Shown piece after piece: positions 17,262 through 26,829 of a stretch of DNA of 32,000 nucleotides. This DNA comes from Candidatus Hadarchaeales archaeon (GTDB lineage Archaea; Hadarchaeota; Hadarchaeia; Hadarchaeales; Hadarchaeaceae), in contig JAWBCC010000001.1 in assembly GCA_038823825.1 (NCBI GenBank), forward strand, positions 240,001-272,000. Direction: 5' to 3'. Position numbers and translations under genes: made by a program. The first letter of the stretch is position 1, and every line of letters begins with the position of its first letter. Under the pieces are notes generated by a model. It saw nothing but the letters and a program-made list of their open reading frames with translations. It made no database searches and had not been told where the DNA came from.

Positions 17262-17710
17262 CCCGACACCCCAAGAAGATAATTCCTGATGATGCGTGTA
17301 GCGTTTTCAACCTTTGCCGGTCTGGCGAGCACCTTCACTTTCACATGAATCACATCATCTCCTTCAGAAAGCTTTACTTTTCCTTCATAAGCCTCCTGTT
17401 TGGAGAGCCGCAGGTAAAGATGACAAGAGCTATCGAACTTGTTTTTCAAATTCTCGATTAAACTCTTCAAATCTTCTCTGCTCATTTTTCTGATTAGATC
17501 ATCAAGACATGACTGAGCCTTCTTTCCACGGCATTTACCAAAAAATTTTGTGATGGGATTTCCGTAGTGACCTCTTAAAAGATTTTTTTCAACTCCGATA
17601 TTTTCAGGAAGCACTACTTGCAAACACTTCAACACCTTGTTCTCGTTCTCAGTGGCATGAGCGAAAACAGTGACCTCGAGATTATCCACTATTCTTTTCA
17701 TTCTACTCAT
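17234..17710 (-). CDS. Predicted exosome-associated RNA-binding protein (COG1325-like)
   Basis: [25 protein letters not shown]...[12 protein letters not shown], directly downstream of L15e as in other archaea. Confidence 0.7.
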   Translation of the reverse strand: MSRMKRIVDNLEVTVFAHATENENKVLKCLQVVLPENIGVEKNLLRGHYGNPITKFFGKCRGKKAQSCLDDLIRKMSREDLKSLIENLKNKFDSSCHLYLRLSKQEAYEGKVKLSEGDDVIHVKVKVLARPAKVENATRIIRNYLLGVSGCVEKEEDT

Positions 17711-18266
17711 TCGCCCTAGCGCTCGGCCTTACTTTCTCCGCACCTTTTCCTTTCCGTCTCAGTCCACGCATCTTTTTTCCAGCGCTGGTGAGCCCTCTGA
17801 ACGCTCTTCCTTTATGTTGGGGTTCGGCTATCCATTTCAGCTGTGGATCGCTTTTTATAACCGGATGATGCGGATCTACAAGGATGACTTCATAATACTC
17901 ATGTGTTCCATCAGATGCAACATGGTAGGAATTCAAAACTTCCATGTTTGGAAATTTTCTAGCTGCTCTTTCTTCCGCAATCACCTGCAGACTCTTTCCA
18001 GGCGTAATCTTTCTAACTCCCATTCTTTTCGGTTTTCTTCCTCTAGATGGTCTAGGTTTTCTCCTTCCACCCTTTCTGACCCTCACCCTTACGACAATTA
18101 TCCCTTGCTTGGGTTTGTAGCCCAGACTCCTAGCTCTTCTCGGTTTAGTAGGTCTCTCAACTCTGACGATCGCCGGACCTTTTCTCCACTTTATGAGTCT
18201 CTCTTTCATCACAGCTTCTAAATCCTCTTCAGGTATGTTGTATCGTCTCACTCTAGCCCACCACAA
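17703..18266 (-). CDS. rpl15e: 50S ribosomal protein L15e
   Basis: [61 protein letters not shown]...[20 protein letters not shown]. Confidence 0.95.
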   Translation of the reverse strand: MWWARVRRYNIPEEDLEAVMKERLIKWRKGPAIVRVERPTKPRRARSLGYKPKQGIIVVRVRVRKGGRRKPRPSRGRKPKRMGVRKITPGKSLQVIAEERAARKFPNMEVLNSYHVASDGTHEYYEVILVDPHHPVIKSDPQLKWIAEPQHKGRAFRGLTSAGKKMRGLRRKGKGAEKVRPSARANE

Positions 18267-19164
18267 TCTTCCTAATTTTCTCTGCGATTATAAGCGCAGC
18301 CTCTCTCTGCGCCTCCACGGTCGAAGCTCCAATATGAGGAGTGAGCACAGTATTCGGACATTCCAAAATCGGACTGCCAACCGGTGGTTCCTTTTCGAAA
18401 ACGTCCAAGCAAGCTCCTCCAAGTCTACCTGATTTAAGCGCCTCCGCAAGCGCCATTTCATCCACAATTGGTCCTCTCGATGTGTTCACAAGCACAGCTC
18501 CAGGCTTCATCATCGCAATTTCTCTTTCTCCGATCATTCTCCGTGTTTCTTCTGTCAATGGCACGTGAATGGACACAAAGTCGGAATTTCTCAAGAGTTC
18601 CTCAAGTCCAACATATTTCCCGCCAACCTCTTTAGCAAAATTCTCGTCTCTTACGACATCGTAAAACAGCAGATCCATCCCGAAAGCTTTCGCTCTCTTT
18701 GCCACTTCTTTTCCAATGTTTCCAGTTCCTATTATTCCAAGAGTCTTCCCACGGAGCTCTCTACCCATCATGGCTTTTTTCTCCCACTTTCCACTCTTCA
18801 TGCTCATGTCGGCTGCTGGAATTTTTCTAACAATCGCCAACATAAGCCCGATTGTTAGCTCCGCAACCGCAACGGATGGTGCTTCTGGAGCATTTACTAC
18901 GATGATTCCTCTCTCCCTTGCGGCGGCCACATCTATGTTGTCAAGTCCAACACCAGCCCTCGCGATTAATTTAAGTTTTTTCCCTGCTTCAATAACTTCT
19001 TTAGTCACTTTTGTTGCACTTCTAACCACGAGAATATCCGCATCCTTTACACGCTCAAGAAGTTCTTCTATCGACATTCCGGGTCTTACCTCTACCTCTC
19101 CGAGCTTACGGAGTTCTCGCACACCGTCTTCGTGGATGTTGTCTGCTACCAATATTTTCATCAC
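18253..19164 (-). CDS. serA: D-3-phosphoglycerate dehydrogenase, short form (no C-terminal ACT domain)
   Basis: [68 protein letters not shown]. 303 aa only. Confidence 0.82.
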   Translation of the reverse strand: MMKILVADNIHEDGVRELRKLGEVEVRPGMSIEELLERVKDADILVVRSATKVTKEVIEAGKKLKLIARAGVGLDNIDVAAARERGIIVVNAPEAPSVAVAELTIGLMLAIVRKIPAADMSMKSGKWEKKAMMGRELRGKTLGIIGTGNIGKEVAKRAKAFGMDLLFYDVVRDENFAKEVGGKYVGLEELLRNSDFVSIHVPLTEETRRMIGEREIAMMKPGAVLVNTSRGPIVDEMALAEALKSGRLGGACLDVFEKEPPVGSPILECPNTVLTPHIGASTVEAQREAALIIAEKIRKIVVG

Positions 19165-20363
19165 AATCCCTTCGTCGCCACTATCTTTATCACATCTCCT
19201 TCCTTCAACTCATAGTCTTCTCCGATTCTTCTTTTTGTTTTGGCGTCGACAGCATATAAAAACGTTTCTCCTAGATCTGTGTGAATCTTGTATGCAAACT
19301 CCTTTACCGTAGTCCCGCGTCTTACCAGAAACGCATCGGGTAGAACATTCCCGTTCTTATCCGCAAACTTGTTTTCATCGCTTACAGGATATACAACTAT
19401 TAATTCCAGCAAATCTCTGACCGCTATCTCTATAGCTTGCTGAACGCCAGTGCCTCCAAACTTCTCCATAAGTTTCTTCACCCTTTCAAGCGCCGATTTC
19501 TGAAGATCGGTGAGCTTTTCTGGATGTTTTATAATGAAGCTAGGATCTCCGGGCTGGTAGGAAATGATATCTTTCTCCGCTGCTCTTCTCAGTATCAGCT
19601 CAGCCTCCGCGGACGCAGGAACAGTGAGATATCCAGCATGTTTTAACCTTTCGATGTTTTTCTCGGCCGTCGGAACATCACATTTGTTTGCAACTATTAT
19701 CATCGGTTTGCTAACCTTCTGCAGCTCGCCAGCAAAAGACAGAAGATCCTCATCCGACCACTTCTCCGGGTCCCCCCTATCAACGCCGGCCTTCTTCATC
19801 GCCTCAATTACCTGCTCTTCGGTTATCCCCAATCCTGTCATTATCTTTGCAATCTCCTTCGCAAGATCCAATCTCTGATATTTTGTTCGTCTAGCAAAGC
19901 TCTTCCAATCTTTAGCCAGGATTCCTTTTATCCACATTCTGATTTCATTTTCCAAGAACTTCACGTCCTCCAGGGGGTCGTGGCTTCCAGGTTCACATAC
20001 TCTCCCCTCTTTGTCTGTTGATCCGGATGCGTCCACAATGTGCAGAAGCGCGGCAGCCATTCTCAAGTCGTCCAAGAACTTGTTCCCGAGACCCCTCCCC
20101 TCATGTGCGCCCTCGACAAGTCCTGCAACATCTATGATCCTTACCGGGATAAATCTGGTTCCATTAATGCACATCGAATTCTGAGGATTACATTTAACGT
20201 TTAACTCTCTACATGGACATGGACGTCGAATGTAGGTCACGCCGATGTTTGCCTCAATTGTTGTAAACGGATAATCAGCAACCGGAGCGTTGAGGAGAGT
20301 AGCAGCGTTAAAAAACGTAGTTTTCCCGGAGTTCGGTTTTCCGACCAATCCAATCTCCATCAA
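19161..20363 (-). CDS. ychF: Redox-regulated ATPase YchF / OBG-family GTPase (archaeal form)
   Basis: EIGLVGKPNSGKTTFFNAATL, VRIIDVAGLVEGAHEGRGLGNKFLDDLR, VANKCDVPTAEKN, C-terminal TGS-like domain. Confidence 0.9.
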   Translation of the reverse strand: MMEIGLVGKPNSGKTTFFNAATLLNAPVADYPFTTIEANIGVTYIRRPCPCRELNVKCNPQNSMCINGTRFIPVRIIDVAGLVEGAHEGRGLGNKFLDDLRMAAALLHIVDASGSTDKEGRVCEPGSHDPLEDVKFLENEIRMWIKGILAKDWKSFARRTKYQRLDLAKEIAKIMTGLGITEEQVIEAMKKAGVDRGDPEKWSDEDLLSFAGELQKVSKPMIIVANKCDVPTAEKNIERLKHAGYLTVPASAEAELILRRAAEKDIISYQPGDPSFIIKHPEKLTDLQKSALERVKKLMEKFGGTGVQQAIEIAVRDLLELIVVYPVSDENKFADKNGNVLPDAFLVRRGTTVKEFAYKIHTDLGETFLYAVDAKTKRRIGEDYELKEGDVIKIVATKGL

Positions 20364-20686
20364 GTCTTTTCCCTCAGGAACCAGTTTCTTTCAAGCTTGC
20401 TGCCAAAACTTCTGACACCTTCCTTTACAAGCTGTGCCCGTAATCTTGCCGCATATTCTTCGGAAATCTCGCCTTTTTTCTCGAAATAATTGATTATCTC
20501 TAGCGCTTGTTCGTCCGTATCACATCTTCTCAAAAAGTCAATCAGGTTCGGTCTCTCTCCTATTGCAGTTTTTTCTCCTTCCTCAATCGAACTTCTGACA
20601 GAGCTTATCCTATATCCCTGGGATCCTAAAATTTCTCTGGCGAGATTCGGAAACTTTCTTTTGAATTCTTCAATATCAATCTCCAT
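20360..20686 (-). CDS. DUF2095-like conserved archaeal protein
   Basis: MEIDIEEFKRKFPNLAREILGSQGYRISSVRS... The track start at 20824 overlaps glmU, so the Met at 20686 is preferred. Confidence 0.6.
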   Translation of the reverse strand: MEIDIEEFKRKFPNLAREILGSQGYRISSVRSSIEEGEKTAIGERPNLIDFLRRCDTDEQALEIINYFEKKGEISEEYAARLRAQLVKEGVRSFGSKLERNWFLREKT

Positions 20687-20690
20687 TGTT

Positions 20691-21980
20691 TTACGACTCC
20701 TTGGGTCTCCATTTTTTCTTTTTAACTTGTGGCTTCGTGTAAACAAATGTACCCGGCGGCACATCTTCGTAGACATACGTTCCGGGACCAATTGCGGAGT
20801 TTGGTCCGATTTTAACTCCAACATTTATGGTGCAGTTTATACCCGTCTTTACATTATCAGCGATTATAGTTCCAAGCTTCCTTCTCCCGGAGCTCACAAC
20901 CTTCCCATCGATTTTCATTTTTATCGGTCTTTCATCAAGCCTCAGATTGGCTATAGTTGTTCCAGCGCCAAGGTTGCAGTTACTCCCGATAACGCTATCC
21001 CCAACGTAAGAAAGGTGCCCCACATGTGTGTTATCCATGATAATCGAATTTTTGATCTCAACCGCGTTTCCTATTCTCACATTGTCTCCAATGCTCGTGC
21101 AGGGTCTGATGAAGCAGTTCGGCCCGATATCACAATTCCTTCCGATATAAGTCGGCCCGATTATGTATGAACCAGACCTTATTGTCGTCCCCTCTCCTAT
21201 GTAGACTTTACCTTCTATGTGCGCTCCCACCTCAATCTTTCCATGAATCTCATGTTTGATACCTTGGAGAAAATACTCATTAGCGACCAAAAGGTCCCAA
21301 GGTCGTCCAATGTCGGCCCAGAGCTTCACAGGTGAAACATGGATGCTCTTTCCTTCATCTATCAAAATCTGCATAGAAGTGGTAAGCTCATATTCTCCCC
21401 TAACAGACTTTGGTGTTCTGTGTATTGCCTCGAAAATCGCTGGATCAAAAATATATATTCCAGCGTTCGCCGTTCTGCTTTTTATTCTCTTGGCTTTTTC
21501 AACAATTTTCACAACTTTTCCGTTCTCCACAAAAACGATTCCAAACTGTTCAGGCTGATCAACTTCAATGGTCGCCATCACTCCGCCGAAATTCCCATTA
21601 TCTTTCACCCTCTCATACTTTTCAAGCAGACTTTTCATTGATTCGAAGTCAACGAGCGTGTCTCCATTCATCGCTATGAACCTTTCTTCTCCGACAAAGT
21701 CCTCAGCCATGCCTAGTGCGTTCGCAGTTCCAAGCAGCTTCTTTTGCTCGATGTAATGAAGCTTTAATCCCAGTTCTCTTCCATCCTTATATCTGTCAAT
21801 TATCTGCTCCTTTCCGAAGCCAACTATTAAAGCAACTTCCTCCACGCCCAAACTCTTAAGGAGGAGCAATACATGATCTAGGGCCGGTTTTCCGGCCACA
21901 GGCAATAAGAACTTCGGTTTTGTGAAAGTTAGCGGTCGCAGTCTCTTGCCCAATCCAGCAGCTAACACAACCGCTTTCAT
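20691..21980 (-). CDS. glmU: Bifunctional sugar-1-phosphate nucleotidylyltransferase/acetyltransferase (archaeal GlmU-like)
   Basis: MKAVVLAAGLGKRLRPLTFTKPKFLLPVAGKPALDHVL, then left-handed beta-helix hexapeptides (IGEGTTIRSGSYIIGPTYIGRNCDIGPNC) and LGAGTTIANLR. Confidence 0.92.
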   Translation of the reverse strand: MKAVVLAAGLGKRLRPLTFTKPKFLLPVAGKPALDHVLLLLKSLGVEEVALIVGFGKEQIIDRYKDGRELGLKLHYIEQKKLLGTANALGMAEDFVGEERFIAMNGDTLVDFESMKSLLEKYERVKDNGNFGGVMATIEVDQPEQFGIVFVENGKVVKIVEKAKRIKSRTANAGIYIFDPAIFEAIHRTPKSVRGEYELTTSMQILIDEGKSIHVSPVKLWADIGRPWDLLVANEYFLQGIKHEIHGKIEVGAHIEGKVYIGEGTTIRSGSYIIGPTYIGRNCDIGPNCFIRPCTSIGDNVRIGNAVEIKNSIIMDNTHVGHLSYVGDSVIGSNCNLGAGTTIANLRLDERPIKMKIDGKVVSSGRRKLGTIIADNVKTGINCTINVGVKIGPNSAIGPGTYVYEDVPPGTFVYTKPQVKKKKWRPKES

Positions 21981-22024
21981 TTTCTCATATTCACTAATCG
22001 CGGTGTTTCTCTATAAAGCCATAT

Positions 22025-23365
22025 CTAAATGATTTTTTCCACAACCTTGGAAGCTTTCTCGACGAGCATTTTGGTGACCTCTGGGCTTCTACCTTCTGCC
22101 GTTATTCTTATGTAAGGTTCAGTCCCGGAAGGACGCACGAGTACCCATCCATCTTCAGTTTCTACTCTGATTCCATCAACCGTTGTTAAGGAAATGGTTT
22201 CCAGCATTCTTGGTAATTCTTCGGAGACCTCTTTCATGACTTTTTCCTTTATCTCGTTGGGGCATGCTATCTTCTTCCTCGCTATTGGAAATTCTGGAAG
22301 CTCATCTGCTAGTTCTGAGAGTGGTCGTCCTATCTCCTCGAGCATCATCAGAACTTTGATTGCTCCGAGTGGTCCATCTGGCGCAAGATGAAGGTCGGGA
22401 AATATCATAGCACCACTGGGTTCTCCTCCAAATTTTGCGCCATATTTGGCAACTTCACAAGCCACGCTCACATCTCCTACCTTGGTCCTAACTACCCTGC
22501 CTCCAGCCTTTTCCACGGCTTCGTCTACGATCATAGATGCATCAACTGTCGTGACAACGGTTCCTTTGCTTTTCACGATCCAGCTGGCGAGCATTGCCAC
22601 TAGCTTATCTCCGCCAACAAACCTTCCGTGATCGTCAACGACAGCCACCCTATCCGCGTCTCCATCATGCGCTATCCCGAGATCCGCCCTAACCTCCTTT
22701 ACTATCCTGCAGAGGACTGTTAGGTTTTCTTCGTTTGGTTCTAAGCCTCTTCCCGGAAATCTGCCATCCAAGTGACAATTCAGCCCGATTACTTCGCATC
22801 CAAGCTTTCTCAGAAGAAATGGTGTAACAACGCTGCCAGCGCCATTGCCGCAATCTACAACAACTCTAAACTTTCTTTCAAGTTGCAGATTTTTGAGTAT
22901 TTCCTGTATGTAGGTTCTGCAGACATCAATCTTTCGTGATTTTCCAACAAACTTCCACTCAACACCTTTCCAAGATTTTTCAAAATAGATTCGCTCTATC
23001 TCCCTTTCCATCTCCGCTGTATATGCCATTCCGCGCTCATCCCAAAATTTTGCTCCATTGTACTCGGGTGGATTGTGGGATGCTGTTATGACTGCTCCAG
23101 CTTTCTTTCTGAGAATTCTCACAGAAAAAGCCAAGGCTGGAGTCGGCGCAATTCCTCCATCGAGTACTTGGCATCCACCGCCCATAATCCCGGCCATTAG
23201 TGCGTTCGCCAAAATCTCTCCAGATAATCTAGGGTCTCTGGCAACAATTACCTCCCCTCCGCCAATGAAAGTCGCCAAAGATTTTCCAATTTCTATGAAC
23301 ATTTCTGGTGTTATATCATGACCGAAAACTCCTCTTATCCCAGAAGTTCCAAAAAGTCTTCCCAT
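22025..23365 (-). CDS. glmM: Phosphoglucosamine mutase (second phosphohexomutase paralogue)
   Basis: RLFGTSGIRGVFG, TASHNPPEYNGAKFW, AHDGDADRVAVVD, VRPSGTEPYIRITAEG. Adjacent to glmU. Confidence 0.93.
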   Translation of the reverse strand: MGRLFGTSGIRGVFGHDITPEMFIEIGKSLATFIGGGEVIVARDPRLSGEILANALMAGIMGGGCQVLDGGIAPTPALAFSVRILRKKAGAVITASHNPPEYNGAKFWDERGMAYTAEMEREIERIYFEKSWKGVEWKFVGKSRKIDVCRTYIQEILKNLQLERKFRVVVDCGNGAGSVVTPFLLRKLGCEVIGLNCHLDGRFPGRGLEPNEENLTVLCRIVKEVRADLGIAHDGDADRVAVVDDHGRFVGGDKLVAMLASWIVKSKGTVVTTVDASMIVDEAVEKAGGRVVRTKVGDVSVACEVAKYGAKFGGEPSGAMIFPDLHLAPDGPLGAIKVLMMLEEIGRPLSELADELPEFPIARKKIACPNEIKEKVMKEVSEELPRMLETISLTTVDGIRVETEDGWVLVRPSGTEPYIRITAEGRSPEVTKMLVEKASKVVEKII

Positions 23366-23374
23366 TATCTTCCC

Positions 23375-23968
23375 TTATGTCTGCTGAGGCTTTTTCAAAA
23401 TCTTGCTCTTGTAAACTTCAATTCTGCGGATAGGATGAATAACCTTTATCGCCTTGAGGATATCCATTGCGAGCTTTCCGAGCACCATTTCCTGCACAAA
23501 CTGATCAAAAGTTCTCTCCGCAGCTCTTTTTTGTATGATTTCTCTTATCATCTTCCTCATAGTGGAGATCTTAGAACTCTTAGTCTTTCCCGCCGTTATT
23601 GCCATCGAAGTTATCCTCATTTGATATCCGTCTGTTGTCTGCACAGGAGTTATTTCGTCGACTTTCTCGCTTCTTCTTCTAACCAGACTTCTGATGTAGT
23701 CTTTGACCATCTCATGTCCATCAAACTCTGTATGAGCTTTCGTATCCTCAACCTTGGTTATCTTAAAATAGAGTTTGACACATGACTTTGAAGGGTCATT
23801 GAAAATATCACCGAGCGTAGTTTCGAAGACTCTCCCGATTAAGTGCGAGGGATCCGAAGCAGGGATCTCTCCTACCATCGCTCCTCCGAACATCGAAGGA
23901 GCGTATACTTCATACCAGACTTTCTCCTTCCAACTTTTGATTTTCTTCCTCTCAGTAGCCTCTGTCAT
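23375..23968 (-). CDS. rps3ae: 30S ribosomal protein S3Ae (eS1)
   Basis: KSWKEKVWYEVYAPSMFGGAMVGEIPASDPSHLIGRVFETTLGDI. Confidence 0.93.
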   Translation of the reverse strand: MTEATERKKIKSWKEKVWYEVYAPSMFGGAMVGEIPASDPSHLIGRVFETTLGDIFNDPSKSCVKLYFKITKVEDTKAHTEFDGHEMVKDYIRSLVRRRSEKVDEITPVQTTDGYQMRITSMAITAGKTKSSKISTMRKMIREIIQKRAAERTFDQFVQEMVLGKLAMDILKAIKVIHPIRRIEVYKSKILKKPQQT

Positions 23969-25419
23969 CCGATCACCCTATCTCTCACGATTTTCGGCCA
24001 TTTCTCCATCTCCATCCCATGCTGAGCTAAAAAGCCCACGACCCATCTGTTTGTTCCAAATCCGCAACATCCAGTCCAGACCTCCCTTCCTCTTGCTTCT
24101 TTTATTCTAAAGCTTTTTGCAAATTTATTTCCATGTACGTTATAGGACCCTACTTCGAGCCATTCTTGATTGTAAGGCAGAAAAACTTCTAGGTCGTAAG
24201 TGGCAGCACCGACTTCTCCTTCGGACCCTTCACGCAAATAGAAAGGTGTTGCTACTTTAACCCTCCATTCCATTCCGAGTTCTTCCGCCAGTGCCACACT
24301 TCTTTCCACCATCTCATCCCTGATTTTTCTGATATCCTCTGGTTTTCCGAGCATTATCGCCTCAATTCGCTGGAATTCTTGAACTCTGGTCAGTCCTTCC
24401 ACACCTCCGCCTTCCCACCTATACGTCCATCCGCTGCGATCGAACTGCTTAACCGGAAGTTCTTCCATTTTCACGATTTTTCCGGAAAACTGCTGATAGA
24501 AGGGTTCACACTGGGCAGGAGCGAGGACATAAGCAGGATTCTTGAGAACTTTTCCGAGTTCTATTACATCGATTTCTTTCTTCAGCCTGATTTTTTGCTT
24601 AAATTTCTCAAAAGCTTCTGGGTCTCTTGGGGGAGGACAAACATAATACATTCCTTCCGGAACGTTGTCAAGATAACCTGGCATCTTCATCATGACCTTG
24701 AGCGGTATGAGTTTTGGTAAAAGGACTTCCTCAAACCCCATCGGCTTGATAATTTTTTCAACAATTAAATCTTCGATGGCAGTGAAAAGTTTAGCATAAG
24801 GAGAGGCATAAATCCATTGGCCTCTCCCCGGAAATTCTTTCACCCATCCAAGCTCGAGAGCTAGTTTGAACGGATCCTCTTTGAACTTGTGCTCTTTTGG
24901 TTCACTTCTCTTTACTATTTTTTCTTCTTCCACTCTCGGAATTTCGACAAGGGCTTTTTCTGCATCTGCGACTAGTCTGTCGATCATTCTTTTTCTGATG
25001 TCTGCTTCCCCCAAGTTGTTCAAAATCAAAACGATTTCTTTTGTTCCTTTTTCTATCTTGCAAGGCAAATTGCTTAGTCTATCTGTTGCGGTTTCCGGAT
25101 CTATGCAGGGTATCCTTATTCTACAGTTTGGAATTTCAATTGTTTTCAATCCTATTTTATGTTTTTTTCCAAGTTCTTCAGACATTACACGGGCAAACCG
25201 AAGTAAGACATCGTGTGCCCGAACTTTTCTGCCCGACTCCAACATAAGAGTAACGGAGTCACCTTCTATCTTGAAGCCCGTTATTTTCGCAGCATCTTCT
25301 TTATCGCGGGCACCTTTTACGAGCAAATCTTCATTTTTATGCAAAATTTCAGAAATCTCCACCTTGATTTCCTCAATTGGTTTTCTGAAGACTATTTTGC
25401 CCTCTAGTTCGAATCTCAT
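23965..25419 (-). CDS. serS: Seryl-tRNA synthetase, methanogenic-type (type 2)
   Basis: MRFELEGKIVFRKPIEEI... N-domain, and zinc-ligand contexts APAQCEPFYQQF, QRIEAIMLG, TGCCGFGTNRW. Start refined from the track's 25479. Confidence 0.9.
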   Translation of the reverse strand: MRFELEGKIVFRKPIEEIKVEISEILHKNEDLLVKGARDKEDAAKITGFKIEGDSVTLMLESGRKVRAHDVLLRFARVMSEELGKKHKIGLKTIEIPNCRIRIPCIDPETATDRLSNLPCKIEKGTKEIVLILNNLGEADIRKRMIDRLVADAEKALVEIPRVEEEKIVKRSEPKEHKFKEDPFKLALELGWVKEFPGRGQWIYASPYAKLFTAIEDLIVEKIIKPMGFEEVLLPKLIPLKVMMKMPGYLDNVPEGMYYVCPPPRDPEAFEKFKQKIRLKKEIDVIELGKVLKNPAYVLAPAQCEPFYQQFSGKIVKMEELPVKQFDRSGWTYRWEGGGVEGLTRVQEFQRIEAIMLGKPEDIRKIRDEMVERSVALAEELGMEWRVKVATPFYLREGSEGEVGAATYDLEVFLPYNQEWLEVGSYNVHGNKFAKSFRIKEARGREVWTGCCGFGTNRWVVGFLAQHGMEMEKWPKIVRDRVIG

Positions 25420-25682
25420 TCTTCCACCTTCTCTTTTGTAAATCCGAGTCCGATTGCCTCCTCTGCAGCTTGGAGACAAGAAAGGAGGTCATCGATCGTG
25501 GCAATCAATGTTCTAATCCTTCCACCGAAATTTATCTCCGTAAAGATAACACACCCTTCGCTTTTAGTGATTATTTTCATCTCATTTGGAGCTTCTAAGT
25601 TATCAGGTGTTAAGGCTTCCGCCAACGCTCTGGCAGTTTTTTCGTCCTCATATTCGATTTCTAGTTCCGCTTTCATTTTCAT
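25416..25682 (-). CDS. pcc1: KEOPS complex subunit Pcc1
   Basis: MKMKAELEIEYEDEKTARALAEALTPDNLEAPNEMKIITKSEGCVIFTEINFGGRIRTLIATIDDLLSCLQAAEEAI. Start could also be 25709 or 25676. Confidence 0.85.
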   Translation of the reverse strand: MKMKAELEIEYEDEKTARALAEALTPDNLEAPNEMKIITKSEGCVIFTEINFGGRIRTLIATIDDLLSCLQAAEEAIGLGFTKEKVEE

Positions 25683-26802
25683 AGCGTTCCCCAGATATTT
25701 CTTCTCCATTAGGTTTTATTCTGATGCTTCCCAGCCTAATTTCGGTAATTTTCTCTGGATTTTCAACCGCTGTAATGATTTCGATATATTTTTCCCGCAT
25801 GTTAAATCCGTCTACTATCCCCAAACCAAGTAATTTCCTTTCCTCGTCGACCAATCCAACTAGAAGTCCTTTCATAATTTGGAGATTTTCTAAGAAATGA
25901 ACTTTTTCTCCCAGTTGCCAGAATTCGTAATCCTCATGCTTTCCAAGGATTCGACACTTGTTGGTGTCAATTCTCACTTTTCTCGCATTTTCAAAGTATT
26001 TCGCGAAGTTTAGCCTTCTTATCTCAGCTCTTTCTCCTCTGCTTCTTCTTCTAACGTGAGGCGAAACGGGTATTCGCTGAACTTTCCAGTTCGGGAAAAA
26101 TCTCAGAATTCGTTCGAGTTCACAAGTTCGTTGCAGTCCAACAACTATGTCTGGCTCAAGTAATTCTTCGGTCAAAATTTGTAGAAAAGCCCCCAGCCCG
26201 GTTATCCAGCCAGGCGTGTTAATCAGTAGAACGTCGGCCAAAGTGGAGCCCTTTTTCGTCAATTTAGCCATACCGGCCAAGAATTCTGGTATATGATTCG
26301 CGAGTGAGACATTGCCCACGAAATAAGACGCCACCATTGGCACCTCCGAAAGAAGGCATACAGGTTTTTCGAAAATACCCAAAGCTACAGTGGTAGGCGG
26401 TCCGATATCGCTTTGTCCGACGTCTCCATCAACAACAGCAACTTTAAGCCCATTTTGAAAAAGGACATTTCCAACATACGTCGCAAAGAAGGTTTTTCCC
26501 ACATCCACCTCTCCTATTATGAGAACCTTGCCCCTAGATTTTTGGATTTTCTCAATGACTTTTGTCCAATCTTCCGGAATCGCAACCCCCGTTAACTCTT
26601 CCAACCTTCCCTCCTCCCCCAACTGATATTCGACAAGCGAACGTGTCAGAACCTCAATCGGAACGGATCTCAATCTTGGAACAACAATTTGGTCTCCCTC
26701 AGTTCGTAATCCGCCCGACACGCGCAGACTGCCGCTTATTATTCGAAGATTTGCCGGTCCCTCGAGTCTGTACAATTTCCCCGGAGGAAGTTCAATTTTC
26801 AT
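25648..26802 (-). CDS. Clp1/Grc3-like polynucleotide 5'-hydroxyl kinase (COG1341)
   Basis: P-loop VLIIGEVDVGKTFFATYVGNVL, VAVVDGDVGQSDIGPPTTVALG, LLINTPGWITGLGA. Confidence 0.85.
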   Translation of the reverse strand: MKIELPPGKLYRLEGPANLRIISGSLRVSGGLRTEGDQIVVPRLRSVPIEVLTRSLVEYQLGEEGRLEELTGVAIPEDWTKVIEKIQKSRGKVLIIGEVDVGKTFFATYVGNVLFQNGLKVAVVDGDVGQSDIGPPTTVALGIFEKPVCLLSEVPMVASYFVGNVSLANHIPEFLAGMAKLTKKGSTLADVLLINTPGWITGLGAFLQILTEELLEPDIVVGLQRTCELERILRFFPNWKVQRIPVSPHVRRRSRGERAEIRRLNFAKYFENARKVRIDTNKCRILGKHEDYEFWQLGEKVHFLENLQIMKGLLVGLVDEERKLLGLGIVDGFNMREKYIEIITAVENPEKITEIRLGSIRIKPNGEEISGERYENESGTRNRI

Positions 26803-26829
26803 AATTCATCAGAAAATTGTCAGTTAATT

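Noticed and set aside
18716-21679. Large plus-strand ORFs 18716..19312 and 20490..21170 and neighbours
   Set aside because: Antisense to serA, ychF and glmU. Composition matches codon-shadow translation.
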